Position numbers and translations under genes: made by a program. Of a stretch of DNA of 64,000 nt, positions 12,174 to 25,180 are shown one piece after another. The stretch lies in the NCBI GenBank assembly GCA_051530055.1, contig CM121342.1, forward strand, positions 11,299,480-11,363,479, written 5' to 3'. Each line of letters begins with the position of its first letter. Position 1 is the stretch's first letter. The stretch comes from Neoechinorhynchus agilis (lineage: Eukaryota; Animalia; Acanthocephala). The notes beneath the pieces are model-generated. The model did no database searches. It worked only from the letters and a program-made list of their open reading frames with translations, and was not told where the DNA came from.

Positions 12174-14956
12174 ATGACATCGTACGAATCATCGGCAGTT
12201 TCGGCGGCTCGCGCTGATGATGTGGATGCGATGATGATGCCGGCGAAGATTCGTAGGGTTGGCGACGATGCACCTGCCGTCATATTTGAGGTCGGTTCGA
12301 CCCTTTGTTTCTCTGTCAAGGTTTTGGTCACTGTTCTCTTGTTTTTGTAGGCGTCTGATGAGTTTTATTGTATATTGAACCGACAGGCAGAAATCGAACT
12401 TATATCAGATAATGTAGAAGCTCATTCAGGGCATAAAAGCGACGAGCTCCTTGGTCAATCGGTCTTTCAGCTGATCACGAACGCGTAAGTCCATAGCTCC
12501 TCTTTTTCCACGGGTGCGTGAAGAAAAGGGGAACTGTAGACACATCCGCCCCTCGGAGGCCAATCTTCTTCATTTGACCAGTCTCGTTTTATTCAGATTT
12601 TAAACTCACTGCCAACCGATCCCACAAGTATGCGCACTCGGTTTCTTTTCACACCCCCTCCCCCCACACACAAAAAAATAATGTAGCCAAACAAACCGAT
12701 TTTGATAAATCCTACTTTACTCATACGTTCAATTGTGACGTCTACGTCAAAGATCGAGGCAAGGAAACCTACGTGGTCACTACCACGTCCATTCTGTACC
12801 ATAAAACCATAGGTCAGCAAAAGGGGTTTGCCTTTTCGTGCATTCACTTCGCGCAATTAGATGGAAAGCCGCCCAGTTGGTGCTTACTGATCCTTTTTCG
12901 AAAAGGCATCTTCGATCGCAAACATAATCTTCTCGATACATTGACCGTAGAACAATTCTGTACTCTTATTGACTCCGGACTTGATTACCGGATAGTTGAA
13001 GTGGATACGTCGTGCTCAGTCCATGCCGCCAGCATCTTAATCAATACCAGACTTGCACCATTCAAACCATTCATTTCATGCGTTCATGAGCTTGATCAGC
13101 AGAAAGTGATTGAACACTTTGAAGTAGTGAGGTCTAATCCCAGTATGATTCATAAGGCTGATTAGAGAGAGGCAATCGGTTTTTTCGGGTTGGGAATTCT
13201 CAAAAATCATTGTCCATACAGGCTTGAGACCGCTAACACGAATTCCCTTTACGTCCAAATGAGCAGTCGGTATCGAGAATCAACGAACCAAATACTGTCC
13301 AGTCACACACTAATTCGCCCTGAATCGACGGGTGTTGTTAGAAAGAGAAAATCTCCAAATTCACTTGTTCCTTTGTCCTCAATGCCATATAGGTCAGCTC
13401 CACCGGTAACTTCAACGTGTACATTAACCAAAAATAATACGAGTGCTCAAGATAGGGATATTATGATGGCCAATATATCTCATAAACTCACGATTCAGTC
13501 TTTTAAGGACTTGTTTGAGTCCAAAGATTCTATAGGACCGAAAAGTTTGATTTGCGTGAACACTAGTGCTCAAGAGTCTGCTCGAAGGGATTCAATAAAA
13601 CGTCCATTTCCAAAAGTAGCACTACCTGACATGGACGATGGTCTGATTAAAGAGATTGCGAATACTCAAACTTCAAGTCGAAGTGTTCGTAGTTCTCGAG
13701 AAATTCGAGACTACGTATTTAAACGTTTGGAATTGAAATTTGGAAAGGGTTCGATCGCATCAGCACGAGAAGAACGAAAATTTCGAGCTAAAGCCTCGTC
13801 CTCGTTAATATCAAAGACTCATCAAGTACAGGCCGTCAAGCGTCCCAGTCCATCCCAAGATCATAAAATGGAGAACAAACTGAGGCGCTTCAATAGCAGT
13901 CTTGTCCTTGGTGAGCACGATCAATCGCAAGCAATGACAAGTCTACCGGTGTCATCGACAATGTTCATGCGACCTCTTTTGTCACATCATTTCCAACGTC
14001 CACCTCCTCATCTTCACCAAGCAGCGCCTGTCGTTGTCACTCAGATGATGTATGGAGCTAATATGAGAATGACCGGGGGGACACCTCTTATACGAACTCA
14101 ACCTTGCAGACAGCAATTGATGCAGATGGCGTCTCAGGCTACGCAGGCTTCCGGGATCGAACATATTCAACGTCCTTACCAATACCCGATTATGGTTCAA
14201 AGACCTCAGCAGATGCAGTGTTTGGATCCTTATCAGCAGCGACTTCCAGTCATGCGAACAAACGGAATGTATCCACCTAATCAACAGCAGCAATATATCC
14301 AGAATCCACGAATGCTTCAACCCGGGCCTGTAAATCCACAATACATGATGACGGGAACATCCTCTGTAGGGGCGAATCCTTCTATGGCACCACAGGCATA
14401 TGTACATACGGGCGCGTCGTCGGTGAGACCGATGATGGTTCAGCAGCAGCAACAGACGCAGCAGCCGGTTAGTATCTTAGAGCGAAGGACTTGCGACCTA
14501 TTTTACCTTTAGGTTATTGGTCAACCTCCACATCAGAATCAGCAACAATATTACATGCCAGGGAGTGTCACCATGCATCACCCACAAATGATGCCGCCTC
14601 CTGCTCAACAAATGCAACAGCAGTGGTCCTCACAAAACCAACAGCAGCAGCCAAGAATACAACAAGGTCATTTGCAGCAGCACCAACATTTACTACATCC
14701 ACAACAACAGGCGGCGGCGACTCAGTGGCATCATCAACAGAGATACCTCCAACACCACCATCAGCACTTGGGCACATCAATGCAACCAGTTCCCCCTCCA
14801 CCACCGCAGCATAGAGGTCTTCAACAAAGTCAAGTCGCCCATCACCAACAACAACAGTCAATGTATCAAAATCCACCACAATCCGTTTATGCCCCACAGG
14901 CGACGCCAAACCAACAACCTCCGCCTTCTGCTGGAGGGCACAATGTGTACCAATAA
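12174..14956 (+). CDS. NCOA/SRC(Taiman)-like PAS-A/PAS-B protein with Q/P-rich C-terminus, multi-exon, no bHLH seen
   Basis: Exons read ASDEFYCILNRQAEIELISDNVEAHSGHKSDELLGQSVFQLI, DQSRFIQILNSLP, THTFNCDVYVK (NCOA has SHTFNCRMLVK) and EQFCTLID..., followed by a long Q-rich tail. Canonical introns lie at 12291-12350 and before 14516. Two junctions are unresolved. Confidence 0.65.
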
Positions 14957-15156
14957 AGTTAGAATATATTGTGTATGAATAGCTATCTTTTCTATTTCGA
15001 GGGAATATGGGCGGCACTCTCATGAGTAATCATCGTCTTATAGAACACGCCAATAATCAATTTATAAGATCGATTGGTTTGAAATAAGTGGTTAGTATGC
15101 TCCACGTTTAAAAGTATACGCGCATATCCATTGTTTGTCATTTGTACCAAAATCCG

Positions 15157-15417
15157 TCACTTTCCAGCTGATTGCTTTACATTTCTTGGTGGGCTAGACA
15201 TTTCCATCTTTAGAATCATATAGCCATCTGAGCATTTTTCGTGATTAAAGCGATGAGGGCAAAGTGTACTCTGTATAGCATGTATGATTGGTTCATAGAA
15301 AAACAGACTAAACCTTCTACTTGAATAGAACAAATTGTGTTTTCCAAAATAAACCAAAGCCTTCGCGATGATGCGTCCAGCAGTTAGCTGACCTTTGACA
15401 ATTCTGAGTAGATGCAT
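15157..15417 (-). CDS. Possible terminal exon of an unidentified gene
   Basis: An 86-aa ORF with protein-like composition. I recognise no family and did not resolve upstream exons. Confidence 0.25.
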   Translation of the reverse strand: MHLLRIVKGQLTAGRIIAKALVYFGKHNLFYSSRRFSLFFYEPIIHAIQSTLCPHRFNHEKCSDGYMILKMEMSSPPRNVKQSAGK

Positions 15418-18400
15418 TGTTGAGAAGCCCTAAAAGCTGTTATTCCATCAGGTCTGCAAAATGACGGGAAATTATGCCCGGGAATAGGTCCGTGCTCCTA
15501 ATTCGACAGCTGCGACATGTCGTTAATGGGCGACAGATTGTTACAAAATTGTGTTTTCCATAATCGAAGACGGTATCGCCAACTTAGCTAATTAGTTCGA
15601 TTGCAAATATTCGGTTGTGTTTGCAACAATCCATACACGTTAAATTGTACAAACGTCAAAGGCTCAACGATGGTCTTAGTTTTGTGCAGTTAATGTTTCA
15701 TTCGTCTTTCAACAACAGTGCTAGAGAAGTCGACCTTTAAGGAGGTGACTCACCCTTGAGGCATAGAAGAGCCAAGTTTAGAGCTCATATCGCACTACAC
15801 GACCACTTTGTGAACGCTTCGTCGACCGCGGCTTGTCAGCCACAATCGCATTATTTCCAATGTTCTGATCTTTTTGTTGAATCGGAGCTTTTGCATTTGT
15901 GGCGGATGTTTGTCAAATGTCAGTCTGATTGAACGCAGATTTTGCACATACAAATACCTAAATAGAGATTGATAAACCTGTCTAGGATACATTGGATATC
16001 GCATTCCATGTTAGCCGCCCAATGAACCAAACTACTCAGTTATTTCGCACATTTTTAAGACCTAGAATAGTTAAAGCTTACTCACTGTATCGACCTCTTA
16101 ACGAAATCCCTTGAAGCCTTTCGCTAACGTTGATTGTGATTTGTTTTCGATTCAGCCGCTTTTTGCACACCTAACAGATATTTTAATACTTCACACATTT
16201 CAAGTAGACAAATATGCCCTTAAGGAGTCTAAGGATCCTGTTAGGGCTCTTGTTTCATCTTGTTGGATTTTTTGAAACGATTCGTCTATGATTATGTAAA
16301 GAAAGGTTTCCAGGATATTTTAAATATAAAAGAAGCTTGGGGTAACCAACTCATTGTGTGCCGTTATTCAAACTCCTTTTTCTACACGAACCATATATAT
16401 CCTGCAATGCACATTGAAGAGCTGAACACCTAAATGGATAACTCATTACCACTAACCCGACATCTCAAAGACATGTTATCGATTTCACTATCACAAACGG
16501 CATAGTATTCTACCATTGCAGTTCATGTACTTTAAATAAGAAACGGAATAGCTACCAAAATCAGTCTGCCGACTGTCTGCTCATGCTACTAACACATCCA
16601 CATCAATCTGCTTTGTGTTTGTGTGGATGGCATCTGTGTGATAGAGCAGAAGCTTTTTCCCAAATGTTTCCGTTGAGGACCAAAGTCCCCATTATGAAGA
16701 CTTTTAAAACATCTATCTTTTTAAATTCAAAAAATCAATCTTTAGTCATTTGAAATCAGATATCAAAATGGATCCAAATGGCTAAAAACTAAATAAACGC
16801 GGTATCCAACTTACCCAGACGAAACAAAACTAAGCCGTACCATTTTTAGACTAGCAGATTCACATTTCCGAATAGCATCCCGTTGAGAAAAATATGTTTG
16901 ACCAGGGTGTTTTTAGCTTATTAATTCGAATTCCATTCAAACTTCTCTCTGTTGTGTTTTTTGGGAAACAACTTTAGGATCAATTTGTACGAACCAAAAC
17001 TGTGGCATTACTTGGTTAGCATGCATGGGATTCTATGAAAGGGATGTATGCCCGGATTTATTCCCTTAAGGGTATCAAGCAATTTCGGCGATATTTCTGT
17101 CGACTATGCAGCATTTTGTGCGGCCGCCTGGATGTCCAATTTTGTATTATTCAAAACGACCTTTGCTGATTAAGAAGCAAAAGATGGACGTGGATCATAT
17201 CGATGGTCTTCCACTTTCAAAGATATCATAGTTAAGCGTCCATTTGGAACTTTATTAGTTCCCCATGTAGCCTCACTTTATAATATCACTTGTGTAAGCA
17301 CAAATATTACTTTCTATGTTTATACAAAATCCCATTTTGGGCTATGTCCTACGTCTTCTATGCTCCCTCAAGGCCAATATCCTTCCTAGTAGCAGCCTAG
17401 AGTACCGTGAGATCTTACAAATGTCATGATGATTTTAAATTTAATTTCGGTGACTTAAAACTTATAATATAAATTGTTCACGTCCCTGGTCAGTGCTCGA
17501 CAACTTATTTTGTTCTTACCAGAGGGTCTTACACTTATCAAGCTAAGGAATTCCGCATTTCTTTATTGATGAGATACTAATAGAAACAGGATTCCAAGAA
17601 AGGGAACGCAATTCTCTTAAATTCCAAAAATGCATTTTCCTTTTGCTTCTTAGAAATCCACAAATTCTTGGATCTTAGAACGAGTAAACACTTTTAATAT
17701 TTTAAATTAGTGTCCAATTCTTTGACGAAAGCGATAATGATTTACGTTGCCTTCTGAGCGAATCCCAAAACGCTGCGTTCATTATATAAAGGTCTCAAGT
17801 TGTTGTTTTTCATCACTATAGACGGTAATGCTAGAGACACCAAAGAAGCAGTACCGGAAAAGTAATTATCTCGCTGCTATAAGCATCTTGATTCTTAGCC
17901 TAGCTCATATGGAATCTAAACCTATCTTGAAGCACATTTATTGCACTTGTGATCCAGGAATAATGGCACAAAAACAGCTAAGTTTATTTGCGCATTTTAT
18001 TGATTTTGTTTAATTCTGAATTAGTTTCCATGGACTATTCAGAAGCCGGTTCTTAACGATCCTTTAGACAACCGAGGGCGTCTGACAATAAATCTGTTCA
18101 TGTTGCTCAATGCCTGAGTCAGCTGTCACTTCAGATAAGAATTATTTTCTGATGAAGAAACCCAACGTCGCAAAACTAGGACAATTTCTAAAAGCTACTG
18201 ATACAATGCTTGACATTGATCGATATGGCTTATCGGAAAACTTAGATGATCCAATTAAGCTGGTCTACTTTTAAGTTATGACGACGTGAATTTTAAGATA
18301 CATTTTCTTTTTCTTTTTACCAGATTAAACACATTTTATTCAAATGCTTAGCACCGATGAGACGAGGCTTCCTTTGCGAAATATCTCTTAATTCAATAAA

Positions 18401-20279
18401 ATACTTTTTCCGGAGGATTATCATCAACACCATTAAAAAACTATCATTCCGAAGCATTTTCTTTCTATAATTTTCATTTTAGCAAAAAGTCAAGTTATCG
18501 ATCACCAGCAAACTGCCGTTGTCTATTGTATCAGTTTTATTCGCTATCACATGATGCACGATTGATTCCTCATTGCTGTATTTCAGAAATAAGTTTAATA
18601 AAGTTCACGTTGATTCGAAAATCATAAAAGGAATTAGTAACAATTTTACACTAATTTATTGCGCTCACTTTTCATGGAAGTAAGCAAGCGATGAGTAACA
18701 TTTCAAGTGTACTAAAGGAAAGTTCTTTCAAAAGTACGTCTGAAAATGATAACATGGATTTAAAAAAGGGGAGCAATTTTGGCGAATGCTTTTTATCGCA
18801 AGAATCAATGCATAGACGATCTTAGAGCTACATGGTGCCTTTTGATCGAGATTATAACCAGTATCTTTAAGTCGATTTCAAAAACAAGGATCAACTTTTA
18901 ACTATCGAACTAAATATTAGGAGGGGAAAGTCGTATATTTGAGATCTTAAACAATTGTTCAAAATGTGACTTAAAGCTCAATGATGGAAAAATGGCTTCG
19001 TAGTTTTAGAAGGATTAACGAAGACTAAGGGATTCTTTAAAAAAATCCGCTAAGCTCATCGAGTTAAATCAAGTAAAAAATCATACTAGAACGCACAAAC
19101 GGATGCTCCAATCATACAAATTATCGAGCGAAAATCCTTCACGGATAAAGCATATTTTATTGAGATTTTTTATCAAGGAATCACTACTTTTAAAGAGTAA
19201 TTTTTCACGCCATACAAAAACTGAGATTAAGGCTATGAAGGTGAAACAAGACAAAAATCCATAAAACGTGCAGAGACGAAGGATTAATCCCTAAATGTAC
19301 CATAATCAGATACGGAATCATCGGGTTCCAAGATTCTCAGCTACAAAGTTTCTTTTCTAAAAAGTCGAACATATCCGGGATTCCCGTAGTGAGGAACTAT
19401 AATTTGTCATACGTACCTTTGAATACAAGGACATCGTATTAGTCAATGAGACATTAATTTAATAATCTCAATTGCTGAGTATCATATAACTACGGGCAAC
19501 ACCAAAAACCTTGAAAAATCAAAATGTCCATATGCGAGCCGGTACCGGGGCATATGACCAGACAATTATTGTTTAGTCTTTACAATGTAAATAATTTATT
19601 AAAGACGTTCTCAACGAACCTCGTCGCGTTCATCATCAGCTAATGAACCTGACGAGGTTTCCGCGTGAATACCTAAAAATATTTGAAAAATAAAGACCGA
19701 AAACATTTCCCCAAGTAAACTGAATTTAATGGAGAAGGACCCTGACAATATTATGAAGAACCAGATATGATGTGCTAAAATGAGATGACATACAGACCGC
19801 TAAGGTTATCGATTTGAATTAAAAAAAATTTCCATTCTGAAGAGCACAAACGGATGCTACAATCATACACGTCATCGACAGAAAATTGATCGGTATTATT
19901 GGAGATGCGGTGATCAGAATAACGGACCGTTGTTGTGTTGAGGTAGTCTAGTGGATTTGAGCCCGAATCCCTGTTTATGTGGGTCAAAGGATCGCCGATG
20001 AGTCATAAACAAAGGGGGAGATGCGGTGATCACAATCTAGGGTTACGATTAAAAAAGACTTCAATTCCGACGAATATTTCACAAATTATCAGGAGAAAAT
20101 CATTTCGGAATGATACCGCCGCCCGAATAAAACGCATTTCTTGAATTGAGATATTTCGAGAGGAGGAAGCCTCATCGGTCTTTCAAAATGTGTCAATTCA
20201 AAATATTTTTCATCCAGTGATTATAACATCTCTGGATCGTGCTGAATAAAGATTCTTATAAAGAATTTGTTCATTTATA

Positions 20280-20420
20280 TATGTGTTCTTTGGTGACGAG
20301 AAGAATAGATATTGATTTATTAATTCCCAATGTTTAGTCCTTTTCGTCGGAAAAACACTTAAGCAATCTGAAGAAGTCCGACAAATCAATATCTATTCTT
20401 CTCACCACCAAAAAACACAA
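20280..20420. mobile_element. MITE family A (TIR tgtgttctttggtga(c/t)gagaagaat), copy 1
   Basis: Long terminal inverted repeats; related copies at ~47205-47335 and ~54694-54790. Confidence 0.8.
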
Positions 20421-20480
20421 AGATTCTTTTGGGTATAATCAAGGAAAACGGGTTAACCTCGGTTTTAACCACATTGGTGA

Positions 20481-21078
20481 ATGCGTTACATACATTACCA
20501 AGAGATGATGGAATTAGCCAAGCGCAACGTTCAGGGAACCCATGAGAAGGTATTTATTGTTTCTCACAACTGGAAACCATTGATTTGTGCAAAAGGTCCT
20601 TGCGCTTGAGGATGAGTACAAAAAATTATCGGAAAGGTTACAGAAATTGGACGAAGTGTGCAATTTGGATATGAAAGAGATTGAACAGTTTGTTGAGAAA
20701 CGACTGTCCTTATTTAGGACGACAACGGAGGATCAAACACCGTTGGATACAGGAATTCGTCCAGAAACGCCCATTAAAGCGAAAAGGAGGACCGATCGCA
20801 ATTTAGCCGACGATATGGCTGATTTCATAGTTGACGACGATGGAAATGAGGCTAACGCTGCAGAGGTCGAGAACACGCTGTTGAACGTTTTTGGATATGA
20901 TGCTAGAAAGTTTAAACAGTCTGCTGATTTTGATGAAGACGACGACATGGAAGCCAGTTTCGAAGAAATCATGAAGGAAGAGCGAAAAAGTAAACTTCAG
21001 GGAATTCGGGAGGATATGGAAGATATGCGACTTGAAGAAATGAGAAAGAGAGCGAAAATGGTCGAAAGGGAGAAATGA
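20481..21078 (+). CDS. SPT2: SPT2-like histone chaperone (short), 2 exons (20481-20549, 20596-21078)
   Basis: N-terminal YQEMMELAKRN and C-terminal DDDMEASFEEIMKEERKSKLQGIREDMED motif of the SPT2 family, with a canonical GT-AG intron. Confidence 0.75.
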
Positions 21079-22110
21079 ACGGCGGCGATATTTGAGTGAA
21101 AATACATTTGGAAGAAGTATTTTCTAAATTGAATGTCATTTATCTCATACCTCAAGCATAACTCGCAATTGTAGGTTTGATTGTGCGAATAGAACAACTC
21201 TTGTTGAGGTGAACCAATCAATGTAAAGTATCTATTTCGAACGACTACCTGGAAATTTGTAGATCCAAACTCCTAGTTTTTTTCCAACTCAATATACTGG
21301 ATTTTGCTCAAACTAGATCAGGGGTCTCAAACTTAAAGAACTTGGGGTAAACGAGACAACATAATAAGAACGTTATGCTTTGGTTAATTTAAGTGTTCAA
21401 TTTAGGTTTCGGTCACTTTCTGTAATATCCAAGGAAAGAATTATCAACCGCGGAACAAAGAAAAATAACCGGCTAGCCAGACTTAAAAAAAGCATCAATA
21501 TTTAGGCTTGATTTTATGATAAGAAACCAATCCCAGTGTCGCTTTTGCAAATGTTCATTACTGAGCTAAAATTTATTCAATGCAGTCAACGATAATAAAC
21601 CGGTTTTGTCCGCTTTTAGCGCAACACGAAAATCAATCGAAAAACTACGATTAAATAGATAAGATTTTCTTTTAGTTTATAAAGAGATTTTACTAAAATT
21701 TCAAACACCAGAAAATAGAAAAATTGAAAATAATTTAAATTTAATAAATACGTAAATGCCTTTAGCGCCCCGGGAGCGTGTTGGAGGCATATAAAAATGT
21801 TTGTTTATGGCGGCAGAAAATTTGAATAAAATTTATTAAATTCGATTGTTTTCGGAGCTACGCTTTTATCAAGGGAAGAATTCAATCTTCAAACTGCCTT
21901 TGATGTCTAGATAATTTCTAACAAAGCAATGAAATCGATTTTTCTTTCAATCAAAGATATGAGAAGTCATGATTAATCAATTGAGGACAACTACGTTTGA
22001 TATTTTCTCAAATGATTGCGGCTTTATTCAAATTTGAAAATGGCGAGTAATGAAAGCATGTGATTACGTCACGAATACCGAAGAACTACTGACTTACCTT
22101 CGGATATTAG

Positions 22111-25100
22111 ATGGTTTCTAATAGGTCGAATCGGTTCTTAATGCCGAAGTTGAAAATTAGTGGGATATCTTTGGTTATTTGTGTTCTAATTTCGTTTCTT
22201 GTTAAACTGTGTTTCATTCCTTGCTAGTAAGTTTTTGTTTTGTTGTTGTCCTTCTTCATTCATTTTCAAGTAGTCATTCGACGGACCTTGAAGTTCATGG
22301 CCAATGGATGCGGATTACTAAATGTCTGCCTCTTTGTGAATGGTATTCGGACAACTCAACCGTTCATACCCTCGACTACCCTCCCTTATTCGCGTATTTT
22401 GAACGAGCACTCGCTTTTATTGCCGATCACACCTTTTTTGCGATCGATTGCAATAATTTTAAAACCGATAAGCTGTTCATGCGACTCTCAGTCATCGGGA
22501 CGGAATTTGTTTCGATTTTGATAATATTTGCATTCAAGTATCTCTTTAGCCGTAAGCATAAGTGGAATTTCGATGTGAGCTGCACTTTAGGCTCTATAGT
22601 GAAAAAAATAAGTTCAAAAAAATGTTAAATCTTTTGGAGAATGTTTTTTCTCGGGATGGTAGAGCTTTAGAAGATGCTGAATTGAAATATTTCGAGATCG
22701 TAGATTGAGCGAATTAAAGTACGTTTATTTTATTAAGCATATCATCACTTTTAATTGCTTGATTAGTATTATACGTCCGTTCCGCAAATGTTGTTATTTT
22801 CTTTTGGTAGTTTTGCGACCCCGGATTGTATTCCACGCCGGATAACGACGACATTTTCCCAAGGTTTGTCATTGTTTAAGTAAATGTCGGAATTATCCGA
22901 CGTGAAATATCGGGGAAATAAATCATCGGTAAATTTTTGAGTCTTCGGGGTGGCAAAACTAAAAAAAAGAAAGTATCTTTTCTCCCCCTCCCGAAGACTC
23001 TAATCCAAAACGTTGTGATATTTGAACACTTTTTCTCATATTATGGAAATGCAATGTGAGCAATTTCCTTAATTTAATTATTTTCTAAATGCAAATTTAA
23101 GGAAAAAATAGTATTTAGTTAAAAAAATCAACGCATGTTCAGAACAAACACTTAGTATCTCATGTTCAATAACAATTTTGCTATACAAGAAGAAATTGTA
23201 AAAGAAGGCTGAATTCTGCAATTGAGATCTGAACCCCCGAATAGTCCAGATTTTTTTCTTGGTTTTACTTAGCACAAGCACTGCAACATGACATGGTCGC
23301 TAAAAATGATTTAATCAGTAGATCAAGTTTGGTTTTCGAAAATGGACACTTTGGAGAGGGCTATTGTAACAATAAAAAGGAAATCTTTATTTCCGAGCTT
23401 TCGTGTTAAATTGCTTAAACAACGTCGATAAACGCGTACAAGATTGTGCCTCCGAAATATCGGTACCAATAAATTCTTTTAATTTTTCCGCAGTTCTGAT
23501 ACAATCACCACCGTCCGCAAAATCTTAGCTTCTCTCCTTCCTCGGCTGTCGCTAGCAGCATTGCCTCGTTGTACTGCAAGCGCGATATTTTGTCGCTGGA
23601 ATTACTACTATAAAATTTAAAAAGGCCTCATTAACGAATCGCAATGAGGAGCTCTTTTTAATAGGTTATGACTCTTGAAAATCGATCGAACCCAAACGAA
23701 ACTATAGCTATAAATTTTTTATTAATGTGACGAATATTGTGGAACGGAGTTATTATGTCTTACGTTTTCCCAATAAATTTTCTTCGCCTTCACTTAAACA
23801 AAAAAAATCATAATCTTCTTTAGTGAAGAATCTATCTTAATTCCACTTGAATAAACGAACGCACCTTTCATCCAGCATGCTCCTTCTATCCTTCGTTTTC
23901 AATACAAGTTTGATTATTCTCGACGGTAATTTCTTTTATTCGTAAAAATATCATTAGTAAAAATCTTCGTTCTAGGTATTCATTTTCAATACAATACTTT
24001 TCTGTTCACAATCGTAATTCTCGCAATCGATTCAGCCATCCACGTCGGTACAAACTCTAGGTCCAGTAGGTTAAAAAAATCAAATTTAGAGAGATCATGG
24101 GAGAACGGCATTTTTGTTTTCATTGCTTTTAAACTTCAAACACATGTTTTTATCGTATACTCCGGCGTTTTTTATACACCTTACAAGTCCTTTAGTCAAA
24201 CGATTGATCGTTAAAGGTACGAATAAACTCTTTTTATCGAATATTTAGTCTTTTCCAAATAGACGATTGCGCTTCAGCGTTATGCTATGTGTTAAAGATA
24301 GCTGTTTTCGTTTCAATTCCATTTCTAATCTCAATCGGACCGTTTATTGTAAGCAGAAGAGCCTATTGATCATTAGCGCTCATTTGAACTGTTTCTGTTA
24401 ACTTCTCGTTTCAGAATTCTCTACCACAACTATATAACCGTCTATTTCCATTCGAAACGCGAGGATTAACTCATTCATATTGGGCTGCAAATTTCTATTT
24501 GAATCGAGATCTTAAAACTGAGCTTAAAGATCTCTTTTCGTTATGCAATCTACAATACACTTGATCGGATTCTTGTAAAAAGTATGCTATAAGTAGCTGT
24601 TTTTGTTAAATATATATTTTCGATTTAGTTCTTAACCGAACAAATCAACGTCCACGATCTACCGGAGGTCTGGTAACTAACATTGAACATCAAGTATTGC
24701 CAAATCTCACCACGAAGCACACTCTCGCACTTTCACTTGTGCTTCTCGTGCTCGGACTAAAAAGGTTACGACGAAATCAATCAAAAAAATCAAATACGTT
24801 TTTGGTCAACTGCGTCATGTCTGCGTTCACAGTATTTATGACTGGATGGCACGTCCACGAAAAAGCTGTGCTTACCGTGTTGTTGCCCATTATGTGAGTC
24901 TACTTTGAAATTATAGTACCAAATTCTATTAATTTTTTACACGAATTTGCAGTAATTAGAATTGAGTTCGATATAAATATAATGTTTTTTTGTGATAAGA
25001 AAAATACATATTGATTTATTATTTTGTTTGAAGATTGAATTGTTTATGCTTGCATCTGACGTAAAAATTAAAAGGATTTATTAATTTTAATATCTCGGCA

Positions 25101-25180
25101 CAATGTTGTGCCTTTATCAAGATTGTTAAAGCGCTTTATTCGTACTTGTACCTTGTGCCGAAATATTGGAACCAATAAAT
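22111..25180 (+). CDS. ALG8: ALG8 alpha-1,3-glucosyltransferase, multi-exon (3' end uncertain)
   Basis: Motifs YHSTDLEVH, TLDYPPLFAYFE, IHFQYN, NFKH, RLFPFETRGLTHSYWAANF, STGGLV and GWHVHEKAVL. It has several canonical introns plus two non-GT-AG interruptions. Confidence 0.92.
22555..23853 (+). other. Putative non-canonical stem-bounded intron in ALG8 (1299 nt; can slide over a TAA repeat)
   Basis: A perfect 10-bp inverted repeat, AAGTGGAATT (22560-69) / AATTCCACTT (23839-48), sits at the ends. Removal joins FSRK|RTHLSSSMLLL in frame. The nearby GT (phase 1) and AG (phase 2) are incompatible. Confidence 0.7.
22826..22995. mobile_element. Hairpin-rich repeat family B, copy 1
   Basis: cacgccggataacgacgacattttcccaagg...cttcgggg...cccgaagac; copies at ~38330-38480 and ~46053-46232. 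Confidence 0.8.
24497..24542 (+). other. Putative non-canonical 46-nt hairpin intron in ALG8
   Basis: It splits WAANF|YAIYNTLD (human WAPNFWALYNALD). Retention shifts the frame to a stop. There is no usable GT or AG. It is flanked by a TAT repeat and has an internal GAGATCTT/AAGATCTC stem. Confidence 0.85.

Noticed and set aside
13163-13165. Genome-wide stop codon reassignment
   Set aside because: TAA, TAG and TGA all end well-defined genes here, and the internal stops are explained by introns or TE decay.
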